From contig CAKOKU010000001.1 in the NCBI GenBank assembly GCA_934095865.1, forward strand, positions 10,812-74,811: a stretch of DNA of 64,000 nt. Direction: 5' to 3'. Source of the DNA: an uncultured Bacilli bacterium. GTDB taxonomy: Bacteria > Bacillota_I > Bacilli_A > RF39 > UBA660. The translations under genes were made by a program, and so were the position numbers. The stretch's first letter is position 1. Each line of letters starts with the position of its first letter. Below are positions 37,604 to 47,788 of this stretch, piece after piece. Below the pieces are notes generated by a model. The model saw only the letters and a program-made list of their open reading frames with translations, was not told the origin of the DNA and did not search any database.

Positions 37604-38956
37604 ATGGCAAGGAAGATGCCACAAAATCTAGATGCTGAAATGTCTGTATTGGGTGTTTGCTTTCTTGATGAACGTGTGATTGGCAAAGTCTTAGAAGAAG
37701 TAACAGAAGATATGTTCTATAATGATGCTAATCGAAAAATTTTTCTTGCTATAAAAAGTTTACATACTAATGGAGTTCCAGTTGATGTAACAACAATTGC
37801 TGATGAACTTGATAAGAGTAAATCTTTAGCCGCTGTTGGTGGAATTGAGTATTTAACAGATGTTATATCATCTGTGGTTACAGTTGCTAATTTAGATTAT
37901 TATATAAATATTATAAAAGAAAAAATGATAGTGCGTAATTTAATTACGACAGCTACGGATATAGTAACTGAAGCATATAATGAAGAAGATGATATTACAT
38001 CGCTTTTAGATAATGCTGAAAAAAATATTCTTGATGTTATTAGATCAAGACAAACAACAGAGTTTGCTCCGATTGGTGATGTTTTGGCTAGAGCTCAAGC
38101 TCAATTAGAATTTTTATCACAAAATCGCAGTGTTATTTCAGGATTAGAAACTGGCTTCTACGATTTAGATAAAGCTACCAGTGGTTTGCATGAGGGTGAA
38201 ATGATTGTTATTGCGGCTCGTCCCGGTATGGGAAAAACTGCTTTTGCTTTAAATATAGCAACCCATGCAGCGATGACGACAAAAAAGGCAGTGGCTATTT
38301 TTAACTTAGAAATGTCAGCTGAACAATTGGTTAATCGTATGATAAGTGCCGTCGGTGGTATTGAAGGTAAAAAATTAACTAATGGTCAGTTAGGCCAAAC
38401 CGATTGGCGAAAATATAATGAAGCTATGAGTCAGTTAGCTGACACTAATATTTATATAGAAGATAATTCGGGTATTACGGTTAATGATATAAGGGCTAAA
38501 TGTCGTAGATTAGCCAGCAAAAAAGAAGGCTTAGGTTTAATAATAATCGATTACTTACAGCTTCTTACCATAGGCGGTCGAAGACCAGATTCTCGTCAGC
38601 AAGAAGTATCAGATATTTCCCGTTCCATAAAAATGATGGCAATGGAATTGAAAGTGCCAGTTATAGCCTTAGCGCAACTTTCGCGTAATGCTGAAAAAAG
38701 AGAAAATAATGAACCAATGCTAGCAGATTTAAGAGAATCAGGTTCAATTGAACAAGATGCTGATATAGTCATGTTTATTAATAGAAAAGATTATTACAAA
38801 GCTAAAACAGAATTAGGAAAGAATGAAAATGTGGAGACTGATATTATCATTGCAAAACACAGAAAAGGGGGAACCGGTAAATTTACCGTTTTATTTGAAC
38901 CAACCATGATGAATTTTAAAAATTATATGGTTTTGGAAAAAGAAGGAGAATATTAA
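37604..38956 (+). CDS. dnaB: Replicative DNA helicase (DnaB family; DnaC in B. subtilis nomenclature)
   Basis: PQNLDAEMSVLG N-terminus, Walker A ARPGMGKT, IIDYLQL, SRxxE...DLRESGSIEQDAD. Confidence 0.95.
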   Translation: MARKMPQNLDAEMSVLGVCFLDERVIGKVLEEVTEDMFYNDANRKIFLAIKSLHTNGVPVDVTTIADELDKSKSLAAVGGIEYLTDVISSVVTVANLDYYINIIKEKMIVRNLITTATDIVTEAYNEEDDITSLLDNAEKNILDVIRSRQTTEFAPIGDVLARAQAQLEFLSQNRSVISGLETGFYDLDKATSGLHEGEMIVIAARPGMGKTAFALNIATHAAMTTKKAVAIFNLEMSAEQLVNRMISAVGGIEGKKLTNGQLGQTDWRKYNEAMSQLADTNIYIEDNSGITVNDIRAKCRRLASKKEGLGLIIIDYLQLLTIGGRRPDSRQQEVSDISRSIKMMAMELKVPVIALAQLSRNAEKRENNEPMLADLRESGSIEQDADIVMFINRKDYYKAKTELGKNENVETDIIIAKHRKGGTGKFTVLFEPTMMNFKNYMVLEKEGEY

Positions 38957-40461
38957 TGAGTAAAAAAACTAGAGTTCTTTGTATACTGACAACTTTAATT
39001 TTTGGAGTAGCTATGTTTATTGCAACATCATATAAAACTAGTTATGCTGATGAAATTGAAGGTGTTTATCAAGTATATTTAAATGGTGAAAAACTAGGAA
39101 TGATTAGTAGCCAAGATGAACTATATAATTTAATTAATGAAGAGCAGTCGGCAATTAAGGATGAGTACGATGTTGCTCAAGTATATCCCCCAAAAGGATT
39201 TTCAATTACTAAATTAAACACTTATAGTGCTACTGTCGACAGTGCATCTGATATTTATGAAAAGATAAAAGAAGCTAAAAACTTTACTGTAAAAGGTTAT
39301 ACTATAACTGTTAGTAGTAAGGGTGATGATGCTAAAGTTTTATATAAAATAAATGTATTAGATGAAAATGTTTTTGAAGAAGCTTTAAAAAAATTGGTGT
39401 TATCATTTATTCCTGAAGATGAGTATTTAGCCTATATAAATAATGAGCAAAAAGAAATTGTTGATACGGGTGAACGTATAGAAAATTTATATTTTCAAGA
39501 AAACATTTCCATTAAAGAGACTTATATTAGTACTGATGAGAAAATATTTACTGATGTGGAAGATTTAAGTAAGTATTTATTATTTGGTAGTGATAATGAA
39601 GAAGTAGAGTATACAGTAAAATTAGGTGATACTATTAGTAGTATTGCTGAAACAAATGAGTTAAATGTTTCGGAATTTTTAGTAGCTAATCCAAAGTATA
39701 AGAGTGCTGATGATTTATTGGCCGTTGGAGATAAAGTAATTATTTCCTTGATTAATCCAAAATTAAGTTTGGTTTATGATAAATATGTTGTTGAAGATGT
39801 TGAAGAAAAATATTCAACAGAAATAAAATATGATAACTCAAAAAATACTAGTTATAAATATGTTCAACAAAAAGGTGTTAATGGTATAAGACGTGTTGCT
39901 TCTCGTACTCAAGTTATCAATGGTGATGCTAACCAACAATCAGTAATTGATACCGCTAATACTTATATGGTAAGAGATACTGTAAATGAAATTATTGTTA
40001 AAGGTAGAAAAACTACATCAAGTTGGGGTAGTTATATTGATGATGGTACAGAATATGCATGGCCAACTTTGAAACCGTATAAAATTACCTCTGGTTTTGG
40101 TACAAGATACTTATTTAACCGTACAAGTCATGATGGTATAGATATTTCAGGTACTGGTTATGGTTCACCAATTTATGCTATTGCTGCTGGTACTGTTTAT
40201 CATGTTGGTTATTATGGCCCAGGTGGAAGGGCATTTGGTTTAAATATTATCATTAAGCATTCTAATGGTGCTTACTCAGCATATGGCCATTTGTCTGATA
40301 CTTATGTTCAAAAAGATCAATATGTTGAACGTGCTCAAAAGATAGGAGCAATGGGAAAAAGTGGTCAAGTAACAGGTACTCACCTTCACCTTGGTTATTG
40401 GATAGGTGTACCTTGGAAACCAGGAAGTAAGGCTATAAATCCATTGTTGTTGTATAAGTAA
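38956..40461 (+). CDS. Secreted M23 family peptidoglycan metalloendopeptidase with LysM (and G5-like) domains
   Basis: N-terminal TM/signal. LysM segment YTVKLGDTISSIAETNELNVSEFLVANP. M23 motifs HDGIDISG and GTHLHLG. Confidence 0.85.
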   Translation: MSKKTRVLCILTTLIFGVAMFIATSYKTSYADEIEGVYQVYLNGEKLGMISSQDELYNLINEEQSAIKDEYDVAQVYPPKGFSITKLNTYSATVDSASDIYEKIKEAKNFTVKGYTITVSSKGDDAKVLYKINVLDENVFEEALKKLVLSFIPEDEYLAYINNEQKEIVDTGERIENLYFQENISIKETYISTDEKIFTDVEDLSKYLLFGSDNEEVEYTVKLGDTISSIAETNELNVSEFLVANPKYKSADDLLAVGDKVIISLINPKLSLVYDKYVVEDVEEKYSTEIKYDNSKNTSYKYVQQKGVNGIRRVASRTQVINGDANQQSVIDTANTYMVRDTVNEIIVKGRKTTSSWGSYIDDGTEYAWPTLKPYKITSGFGTRYLFNRTSHDGIDISGTGYGSPIYAIAAGTVYHVGYYGPGGRAFGLNIIIKHSNGAYSAYGHLSDTYVQKDQYVERAQKIGAMGKSGQVTGTHLHLGYWIGVPWKPGSKAINPLLLYK

Positions 40462-41234
40462 TGAGAATTTGTGTTTTGGCTAGTGGTTCTAAAGGGAATG
40501 TTACTTATGTAGAGACAAAAGAACATAAGATATTACTAGATATAGGAACTAATTTAAGATATATAAAAAATCAGCTAGAGGAACTTGGCGTTTCTCTAGC
40601 TGATATTGATATAATTCTAGTTTCCCATGTTCATACTGATCATATTGGCGCCTTAAATCAATATATAAAAAAATATAATGGAAATGTTTATATGACGATG
40701 GGAATGTTAGAAGAACTAGGTATTGATGCACCAATAAATAAATATTCTAATTTACAAATTTATAATGATAATTTATATTTGGATGATTTAAAAGTAGAAA
40801 TAATAAAAACCAGTCATGATACAAAAGATTCAAAAGGCTTTATTTTAAGTGAAGGCTTGAAAAGCTTAGTATACTTAACCGATACTGGTTATTTAAACCA
40901 AAAATATTTTTCAATCCTAAGTAATAGAAACGTTTATTTGTTTGAGAGTAATCATGATGTAGAAATGCTTTTAAATGGCAAGTATCCAGCTTGGTTAAAA
41001 GACCGTGTATCTGGTCCTTATGGCCATTTGTCAAATCAAGATGCTTCTGTTTATTTAGCAAAACTAATTGGTCCAGATACCAAAAAGATTGTTTTATTGC
41101 ACTTATCTCATGAAAATAATACAGAAGATATAGCACTATCAACTTTTAGAAAAACATTAATAGAGTATGATGTTTGTTTTACTAATGTTTGTTGTGCCAA
41201 ACAAAATGAACGAATTGAGGAAATAATCATATGA
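40461..41234 (+). CDS. MBL-fold metallo-hydrolase (WalJ/YycJ-like)
   Basis: VSHVHTDHIG motif. Position upstream of rlmH matches the B. subtilis walJ...rlmH neighbourhood. Confidence 0.8.
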   Translation: MRICVLASGSKGNVTYVETKEHKILLDIGTNLRYIKNQLEELGVSLADIDIILVSHVHTDHIGALNQYIKKYNGNVYMTMGMLEELGIDAPINKYSNLQIYNDNLYLDDLKVEIIKTSHDTKDSKGFILSEGLKSLVYLTDTGYLNQKYFSILSNRNVYLFESNHDVEMLLNGKYPAWLKDRVSGPYGHLSNQDASVYLAKLIGPDTKKIVLLHLSHENNTEDIALSTFRKTLIEYDVCFTNVCCAKQNERIEEIII

Positions 41235-41665
41235 TTAAGTTGATTTGTGTAGGAAAAATAAAAGAAAAGTATTTGAGTGATTTAATTGCTGATTATGCTA
41301 AAAGAATAAATAAATATCATAAATTAAATGTAATTGAATTAAAAGATAGTGATATAGTATCAGAAAGTAAAGAGATTATTAAACATATAGGTTCAAATGA
41401 TTATGTCGTCGCTTTAGCTATTGAAGGAGAAGAAATGTCATCTTTAGGATTTGCTAAGTTTTTAAATAATACATTTAATCATTATGGGACGATTACTTTT
41501 ATTATTGGTGGTTCTGATGGAATATTAGAAAATATTAAAATGAGTGCTAATAAGAAATTATCTTTTTCGAAGATGACGATGCCACATGGGTTATTTAGAG
41601 GTGTCTTTTTAGAGCAATTATATAGAGCTTTTAAAATAAATAATAATGAAACTTACCATAAATAA
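41231..41665 (+). CDS. rlmH: 23S rRNA (pseudouridine1915-N3)-methyltransferase RlmH
   Basis: SPOUT fold: MIKLICVGKIKEKYL... IGGSDG ... HGLFRGVFLEQLYRA. Confidence 0.9.
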   Translation: MIKLICVGKIKEKYLSDLIADYAKRINKYHKLNVIELKDSDIVSESKEIIKHIGSNDYVVALAIEGEEMSSLGFAKFLNNTFNHYGTITFIIGGSDGILENIKMSANKKLSFSKMTMPHGLFRGVFLEQLYRAFKINNNETYHK

Positions 41666-41668
41666 TTA

Positions 41669-41707
41669 GAAGATTGCAAAAATAAAAGACAGTAATCTTC
41701 TTTTTTG
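41669..41707 (+). terminator. Rho-independent terminator
   Basis: AGAAGATT ... AATCTTCT followed by TTTTT. Confidence 0.6.
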
Positions 41708-41739
41708 ATAAAATAGTGAAGGAAAAGGAATGAAGTAAA

Positions 41740-42399
41740 ATGATAGGAAACGATTGGGATAATGAATTAAAAGTTATTTGGAATAGCCCAAACTTTAATA
41801 AATTTTATAATAATGTATTAAAACTATATGATAAAGAAGAAATTTATCCGCCCAAAGAAGATATATTTAGAGCCCTTAAACTTACCCCTTATAAAGATGT
41901 TAAGGTTGTGATAGTAGGTCAGGATCCTTATCATGGTAAGGGTGAGGCCATGGGGTTATCTTTCTCTGTTCATAAAGATATTAAAATTCCACCATCATTA
42001 AAAAATATTTATCAAGAATTGTATGATGATTTAGGAATTACGCCTCATGGTGATGGTGATTTAACAAGATGGGCCGAAGAGGGAGTTTTGCTGTTGAATA
42101 GTGTTTTAACGGTAAAAAAAGATAGTCCAGCTTCCCATAAAAATTTAGGTTGGGAACCACTTACTGATTACATAATAAAAAAAGTAAATGCCAAGACCAC
42201 ACCAGTAGTATTTATCTTGTGGGGAGCATTTGCTAAGTCAAAACAGATTTATATAACTAATCCAATTCATTTAGTTATCACAAGTTCACATCCATCACCA
42301 TTTAGTTGTCGTAGTGGTTTCTTTGGAAGTCGACCCTTTTCAAGAACAAATGAGTTTTTGAAGAAAAATAATATTGATCAAATAAATTGGCAATTATAA
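41740..42399 (+). CDS. ung: Uracil-DNA glycosylase
   Basis: GQDPYH, PPSL.NI, and HPSPFS-type C-terminal motif. Confidence 0.95.
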   Translation: MIGNDWDNELKVIWNSPNFNKFYNNVLKLYDKEEIYPPKEDIFRALKLTPYKDVKVVIVGQDPYHGKGEAMGLSFSVHKDIKIPPSLKNIYQELYDDLGITPHGDGDLTRWAEEGVLLLNSVLTVKKDSPASHKNLGWEPLTDYIIKKVNAKTTPVVFILWGAFAKSKQIYITNPIHLVITSSHPSPFSCRSGFFGSRPFSRTNEFLKKNNIDQINWQL

Positions 42400-42939
42400 T
42401 TTAAAATCTTCAATGTCATCATCATTCATATCCTTATTATCAAAAAAATTGCGGATACTAATATGATGAAATTTAGCAATAATATTAGACGGAAATTTTC
42501 TAACTAATTCATTTGATTTAGAAGTATATTTATTATAAAATTTTTTAGCAGCATTAATTCTTTCATCCATAACTCGAATATCGTTGGTATAATCACGGTA
42601 TTCTTTTATTTCTTCTAGAGCTGGGAAATCATCTTGAATTTTAGTAATCAAAAGATGAGTATCTATTAACTTACGCTCTAATTGAAAATTAGAAATACTT
42701 TCATTTTTAAGCTCGTTAAGATTTTTAAAATTAATCTTGGTATCAGTTATATTTGCCTTAACTAAGTTTTCTAATTTTAATAATAAATCGTACTTACTTC
42801 GCAAAGCCTCATCAATCATACTTTCAGCTTCATCAATTTTTGTTTTGTAGTTTTGTAGCGAATTATAATAGTAAATGTATGTAATAACTAAAAGACAAAT
42901 AATAATTAATAATATTAAAATTGCGTAAACAAATGCCAT
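42394..42939 (-). CDS. lemA: LemA family protein
   Basis: N-terminal TM followed by YYNSLQNYKTKIDEAESMIDEALRSKYDLL. Confidence 0.8.
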   Translation of the reverse strand: MAFVYAILILLIIICLLVITYIYYYNSLQNYKTKIDEAESMIDEALRSKYDLLLKLENLVKANITDTKINFKNLNELKNESISNFQLERKLIDTHLLITKIQDDFPALEEIKEYRDYTNDIRVMDERINAAKKFYNKYTSKSNELVRKFPSNIIAKFHHISIRNFFDNKDMNDDDIEDFKL

Positions 42940-43075
42940 AAAAATACCTCATATTCTATGTTAAGTATAACATGTATCATTTTAAACATAAAGATTATAC
43001 TGTAAAAAAATTGGATTATTAAGTAATTGCTTACAAAAATCTAGTTATTTATGTTATCCTTATAGTGGTGATGAT

Positions 43076-43576
43076 ATGCAGATAAAGAGATTAGTAGTCG
43101 GTGAATTACAAGAAAATTGTTATATTTTAGAAAAAGATGGTAAATATTTAGTTATTGACCCTGGTGATGAATTTAAAAAAATAGATAAAGAGATTAAAGG
43201 CGAATTAGAAGAAATTTTAGTCACACATTATCATGATGATCATATTGGCGCGTTAGATAAATTAAAAAATAAATATGGAATAGAAGAGAATACTTTTAAA
43301 AGAAAAACATTTAATTACGAAATAATAGAAACTCCGGGTCATACATCTAATTCTTTAACTTTTTATTTTAAAGAAGATAATATTATGTTTACAGGTGATT
43401 TTTTGTTTGCTAATTCCATTGGCAGAATGGATATGCCAACTGGTAGTCAAAAAGATATGCTGGCATCTTTAGATAAAATAAAAAAATATCCAAGAGATAC
43501 AATAATTTGTCCTGGACATTATATAAGTAACACTTTGGGTGGTGCTTTAGATATTGTTGATAGTTTCTTTGATTAA
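43076..43576 (+). CDS. MBL-fold metallo-hydrolase (glyoxalase II-like, short form)
   Basis: THYHDDHIG; TPGHTSNS; GDFLF...GRMD. Confidence 0.8.
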   Translation: MQIKRLVVGELQENCYILEKDGKYLVIDPGDEFKKIDKEIKGELEEILVTHYHDDHIGALDKLKNKYGIEENTFKRKTFNYEIIETPGHTSNSLTFYFKEDNIMFTGDFLFANSIGRMDMPTGSQKDMLASLDKIKKYPRDTIICPGHYISNTLGGALDIVDSFFD

Positions 43577-43989
43577 AAATTTTTTTCGGAGTAGCTATGG
43601 CTGTAATTAATTCTTTCGTCAAAAGTAACATAGTTTAAATAAATCATTAAGATTAAGTCCCATTCGCCAGTATTAGGATTGCTGATTATTAAATGATCAC
43701 GGCCGGCTTCTTCAATACGACCAGCAAAAATTTTATTACGCCATTCGGTTGAATCTGGGAAACTAACGTAAGCTTTTACCATCTTACCTTTATTTAGCCT
43801 TAATATATTTTCAATGTAGCTTTGTTCCATAGGCAAGCTGGTTCCTTGTTGATAATTAGGACTCTGTTGGTAATTGTTATTGGCGTTTGTGCCCATATTT
43901 TGATTAGGTATTTGATTGTTATTCATGTTTACATCATAGTTATTTTGGTTTGTTGGAAATGTTGGATTTGGATAATATGTTCCATTCAT
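43573..43989 (-). CDS. gerQ: Spore coat protein GerQ
   Basis: Q/N-rich N-terminus, then QSYIENILRLNKGKMVKAYVSF...AGRDHLIISNP...IYLNYVTFDE, closely colinear with B. subtilis GerQ. Start at 43989 (AGAGGTG RBS). Confidence 0.85.
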   Translation of the reverse strand: MNGTYYPNPTFPTNQNNYDVNMNNNQIPNQNMGTNANNNYQQSPNYQQGTSLPMEQSYIENILRLNKGKMVKAYVSFPDSTEWRNKIFAGRIEEAGRDHLIISNPNTGEWDLILMIYLNYVTFDERINYSHSYSEKNF

Positions 43990-44103
43990 ATAAAATTCAC
44001 CTCTCTTAACTATATGCAAAATTTTAAAAATATAGTATGATTAATATGAAGCTAGAAGATATAATATAACTTAATAAAGAATGAAGGGAAGATACATTTT
44101 GTA

Positions 44104-44991
44104 ATGAATAAAGTATTAGATAAAATTAAAAATAAAAAAAGATTAAAAAATGTGTTATTGTTCTTTTTAGGCTTAACAATTTTGGCTATAAATTACAATA
44201 TGTTTGCTTTACCTAATAGTTTTAATATTGGCGGAATGAGTGGTATTGCAACGATGCTTAACTATTTGTGTGGTTTAAAGCCTTCTTATTTTATTTTTGG
44301 TAGTAGTTGTTTTCTTTTGTTAATATCATATTTTACTTTGGATAAAGAAACTACCTATAACAGCATAGTAGGGGCAATTATGTATCCGTTGCTGATTGAA
44401 CTTTTTAGACCATTTTGTGATATGTTATTGCCTTCCTTCCAATTTTCAAATATAGTTATTACGTTGATTATGTGTGGTGTTTTATTAGGCATAGGTAATG
44501 GCTTTGTCTATAAAAGTGGGTTTACTACTGGTGGCAGTGATATTATTATGAAACTTATTCATAAATATCAACATCTAACTGAAGGTACCAGTCAATTAAT
44601 TATGAATACTATTATAATTTTACTTGGAGTAGTTGTTTTTGGCGTTCCTAGTTTGATATATTCACTAATTATCATTTTGATATCTACTAATATTGTTGAT
44701 AAAATTTTAATTGGTATTTCTAATAGTAAAATGTTTATGATATCAAGTAAAAAGGCTAAAGAAATAAAAGAGTATGCTATAAACTCATTAAATACAGGCG
44801 TTACTATTTTTACAACTACTGGTGGTTATATGTTTGTAAAAAGAAAGATGTTAATGATTGTTGTGCCTACTAGATTGTATAATGCTTTTAAAGAAAAAAT
44901 ATTAGAGATAGACAATGAAGCTTTTATTGTTGTAAGTGATTGCTATGAAGTAACTGGTGGTCAAAGAAGAAGTAATCATTTGTTCTTTTAA
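44104..44991 (+). CDS. YitT-family membrane protein (DUF2179), second copy
   Basis: GFTTGGSDI motif and C-terminal DUF2179-like domain. Paralogue of 31246-32106. Confidence 0.8.
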   Translation: MNKVLDKIKNKKRLKNVLLFFLGLTILAINYNMFALPNSFNIGGMSGIATMLNYLCGLKPSYFIFGSSCFLLLISYFTLDKETTYNSIVGAIMYPLLIELFRPFCDMLLPSFQFSNIVITLIMCGVLLGIGNGFVYKSGFTTGGSDIIMKLIHKYQHLTEGTSQLIMNTIIILLGVVVFGVPSLIYSLIIILISTNIVDKILIGISNSKMFMISSKKAKEIKEYAINSLNTGVTIFTTTGGYMFVKRKMLMIVVPTRLYNAFKEKILEIDNEAFIVVSDCYEVTGGQRRSNHLFF

Positions 44992-45053
44992 CATAAAAAT
45001 TATGAAAGGGTATCTTGCTTATATACTATCTAAGAAAATAATGGAAATAATAA

Positions 45054-46145
45054 ATGAAAATAAAGATAATAAGGGTTGTACAGGTATTTTTAATATTAGG
45101 AATAATAGTTTGTTCATTGGGGCTTTTGACGTGTAAGATTTTTAATAAATTTTTAGAAGAAAACTATAACGTGAATGATAAAATTATTGTTAGAAGTTAT
45201 TTTGGCGAAGATCAAAATTTAATAAATAAAGATTATGTTGATGTACCTGTAAGTAATGATAGTAGTAATTCTTTAGAAAATAATGATAATTTAAGTAGTA
45301 GTGTTGTTGATATTAAAAATATGGCTTTTTCTAGGAATAAGGTCGAAGTTGTTAACAGCAGTTATAATATTCCTGATAGCATAAAAGATTTAATTTTACA
45401 AGATATAAATTCTTATTATGATAAATCATCATTCTATTTTATTGATTTAATAGATGGTACAGGTATTGGCTATAATATAGATAGTATTTATCAGTCAGCC
45501 AGTATTATTAAAGCTGCATATTGCTTGTATCTATATAAAGCTCTAAGTATTGGTAATATAAATTTTGATGAACATTTAACATATACTTCTAATTTTTATA
45601 GTTCTGGTAGTGGCATTTTAAAGAATGATGATGTTGGTAGTGAATATAGTGTTCGTGAATTGGTTTATGATACGATTGTATACAGTGATAATATTGCTTA
45701 TAAGATGCTTCATCATCGTTTTGGTGTGTTGGAATATAACAAAATGTTAGATGAATTAGGTGTTAGGCAAATGCACTTATCATATGTTAATCCGTGGGGA
45801 CTTATAACACTTCGAGATATGGCTTTAATATGGCAAGAGATATATAATTTTGCTTTGCAAAGTTCCTTTGGGGAAGAATATTTAAATTTATTATCTAGTA
45901 ATGCTTATAATTATTTTAGCGGTACCATACCTAATTACAACAGTGCTACTAAAGAAGGATTTACTAAAGATGTTACCAATTCATCGGGTATCTTATTTGG
46001 ATATCATCCATACTTATTATTGGTATCAGCTAAAAGCTATTATGATGGCAGTTCTTATTATCAAGTAAAGAAAGAACTTCGAACTATCGGAATGTTAGTT
46101 AATGATTATGAACAGTACATGCTTAATAAGGATAGTGTCAAATAA
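45054..46145 (+). CDS. Membrane-anchored class A beta-lactamase-like serine hydrolase
   Basis: SxxK (SASIIK), SDN (YSDN), and KEG in place of KTG. N-terminal TM anchor. Confidence 0.7.
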   Translation: MKIKIIRVVQVFLILGIIVCSLGLLTCKIFNKFLEENYNVNDKIIVRSYFGEDQNLINKDYVDVPVSNDSSNSLENNDNLSSSVVDIKNMAFSRNKVEVVNSSYNIPDSIKDLILQDINSYYDKSSFYFIDLIDGTGIGYNIDSIYQSASIIKAAYCLYLYKALSIGNINFDEHLTYTSNFYSSGSGILKNDDVGSEYSVRELVYDTIVYSDNIAYKMLHHRFGVLEYNKMLDELGVRQMHLSYVNPWGLITLRDMALIWQEIYNFALQSSFGEEYLNLLSSNAYNYFSGTIPNYNSATKEGFTKDVTNSSGILFGYHPYLLLVSAKSYYDGSSYYQVKKELRTIGMLVNDYEQYMLNKDSVK

Positions 46146-46206
46146 ATGGCATATCCTTTTATTTTGCGTGATTTTATGGTATATTTGTTATAGTAAGGTG
46201 GTAATA

Positions 46207-46908
46207 GTGAAGTTCATAGAGATAAAAAATTGTTCTAAAGTTTATAAAAATGGTGTTACAGCACTTGCTAATATAAATTTAAGCATTAAGAAAGGCGAGT
46301 TTGTCTTTATAATTGGGCAGACAGCTTCTGGCAAGTCGACTTTAATTAAAATGTTGTACCGTGAAGAAAAGCCAACCAAAGGTGAAGTATTTGTCGGTGG
46401 TATTAACGTATCAAAACTTAGAAATGGTAAGGTATATAAATTACGTCGAAAATTAGGTGTTGTTTTTCAAGATTTTAAATTATTGCCTAAATTAACGGTT
46501 TATGAAAATGTAGCTTTTGGTTTGGAAAGCATTGGTCTTAAGAGTAGTGAGATTAGACCTAAAGTTATGAACGCCCTAGAACGAGTTGGTTTAAAAGATA
46601 AGTACCGTTCTTTGCCAAAAGAACTATCAGGTGGTGAACAGCAACGTGTGTGTATAGCTCGTGCAATTGTTAATGAGCCAAAACTACTAATATGTGATGA
46701 ACCAACAGGTAATTTAGATCCAGAAACATCAAAAGATATTATGGATGTTATAGATAATATTAATAAAGATTTAGGAACCACAGTGGTGATGGCTACGCAT
46801 GATAAAGATATTGTTAATAGAATGAAAAAGAGAGTTGTAACCATTGAAGGTGGTCTTAAAGTTAGTGATGTTATGAATGGAGGTTATAAAGTTCATGAAA
46901 GTAATTAG
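46207..46908 (+). CDS. ftsE: Cell division ATP-binding protein FtsE
   Basis: GTG start after AAGGTGG. Walker A GQTASGKST, signature LSGGEQQR, Walker B LLICDEPTGNLD. Confidence 0.9.
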   Translation: MKFIEIKNCSKVYKNGVTALANINLSIKKGEFVFIIGQTASGKSTLIKMLYREEKPTKGEVFVGGINVSKLRNGKVYKLRRKLGVVFQDFKLLPKLTVYENVAFGLESIGLKSSEIRPKVMNALERVGLKDKYRSLPKELSGGEQQRVCIARAIVNEPKLLICDEPTGNLDPETSKDIMDVIDNINKDLGTTVVMATHDKDIVNRMKKRVVTIEGGLKVSDVMNGGYKVHESN

Positions 46909-47788
46909 AATATTGTTACGTAATTTTCGTGATGCGCTTAGAAGTGTTATTCGTAATTTTAGTTTATCTATTGCATCAATTACTTGTATAGCAATAACCT
47001 TAATTTTAGTGGCTCTCTCCATCGTTATAAGTGCTAATGTAAATCATTTTACAGCTACTTTAGAAAAAACATTAAATATTGTTGTTTATATAAATGAGGA
47101 TGTTACATCAGAACGGGAAAAGGAAATTGAAGAAGAAATTAAAAGCTTAAAAAATTATGATACTTTGATATATAAATCTAAAGATCAATGGAAAGAAGAA
47201 ATGCAACAAACTAGTGATGAATTAAATACAACTTTAAGTTATTTAGATGAAAATCCTTTATTAGATTCTATTATTGTCAAAGTTGATGATATAAAAAGTT
47301 TATCTACGGTAGCTGGGGCTATTAAAAATATTGAAGGTGTTAAATCGGCAAAGTATGGTGAAGATACGGTTGATAAAATGGTTTTTATGTTTGATATTAT
47401 TCAAAAAGTAACTATTGTAATTGTATGTGCCTTGATTTTAGTTACGGCTTTCTTAATTAGTAATACGATTAAATTAACTATCTTTTCTCGTAAAAATGAA
47501 ATTGAGATTATGCGTTTAGTCGGTACGAGTAATTTTGCTATTAGACAACCATTTATAATTGAAGGTTTTATCTTAGGAGTTATTGGGGCGATTATACCAG
47601 TGATTATAACGGTTTATGGTTATATATTGTTCTATGATCATTTTGATGGATATTTGTTTTCTCACATTATTGAACTTATTCGTCCAATGAATTTGGTATG
47701 GTTTGTATCACTTATATTAGTCATTGTCGGTGGCATTGTTGGTATGTTTGGTAGTGCTAGAGCCGTTAGAAAGTATTTGAAAATATGA
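46895..47788 (+). CDS. ftsX: Cell division permease FtsX
   Basis: Start at 46895 after GGAGG, overlapping the ftsE stop. 4-TM FtsX topology with a large first loop and EIEIMRLVG motif. Confidence 0.9.
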   Translation: MKVIRILLRNFRDALRSVIRNFSLSIASITCIAITLILVALSIVISANVNHFTATLEKTLNIVVYINEDVTSEREKEIEEEIKSLKNYDTLIYKSKDQWKEEMQQTSDELNTTLSYLDENPLLDSIIVKVDDIKSLSTVAGAIKNIEGVKSAKYGEDTVDKMVFMFDIIQKVTIVIVCALILVTAFLISNTIKLTIFSRKNEIEIMRLVGTSNFAIRQPFIIEGFILGVIGAIIPVIITVYGYILFYDHFDGYLFSHIIELIRPMNLVWFVSLILVIVGGIVGMFGSARAVRKYLKI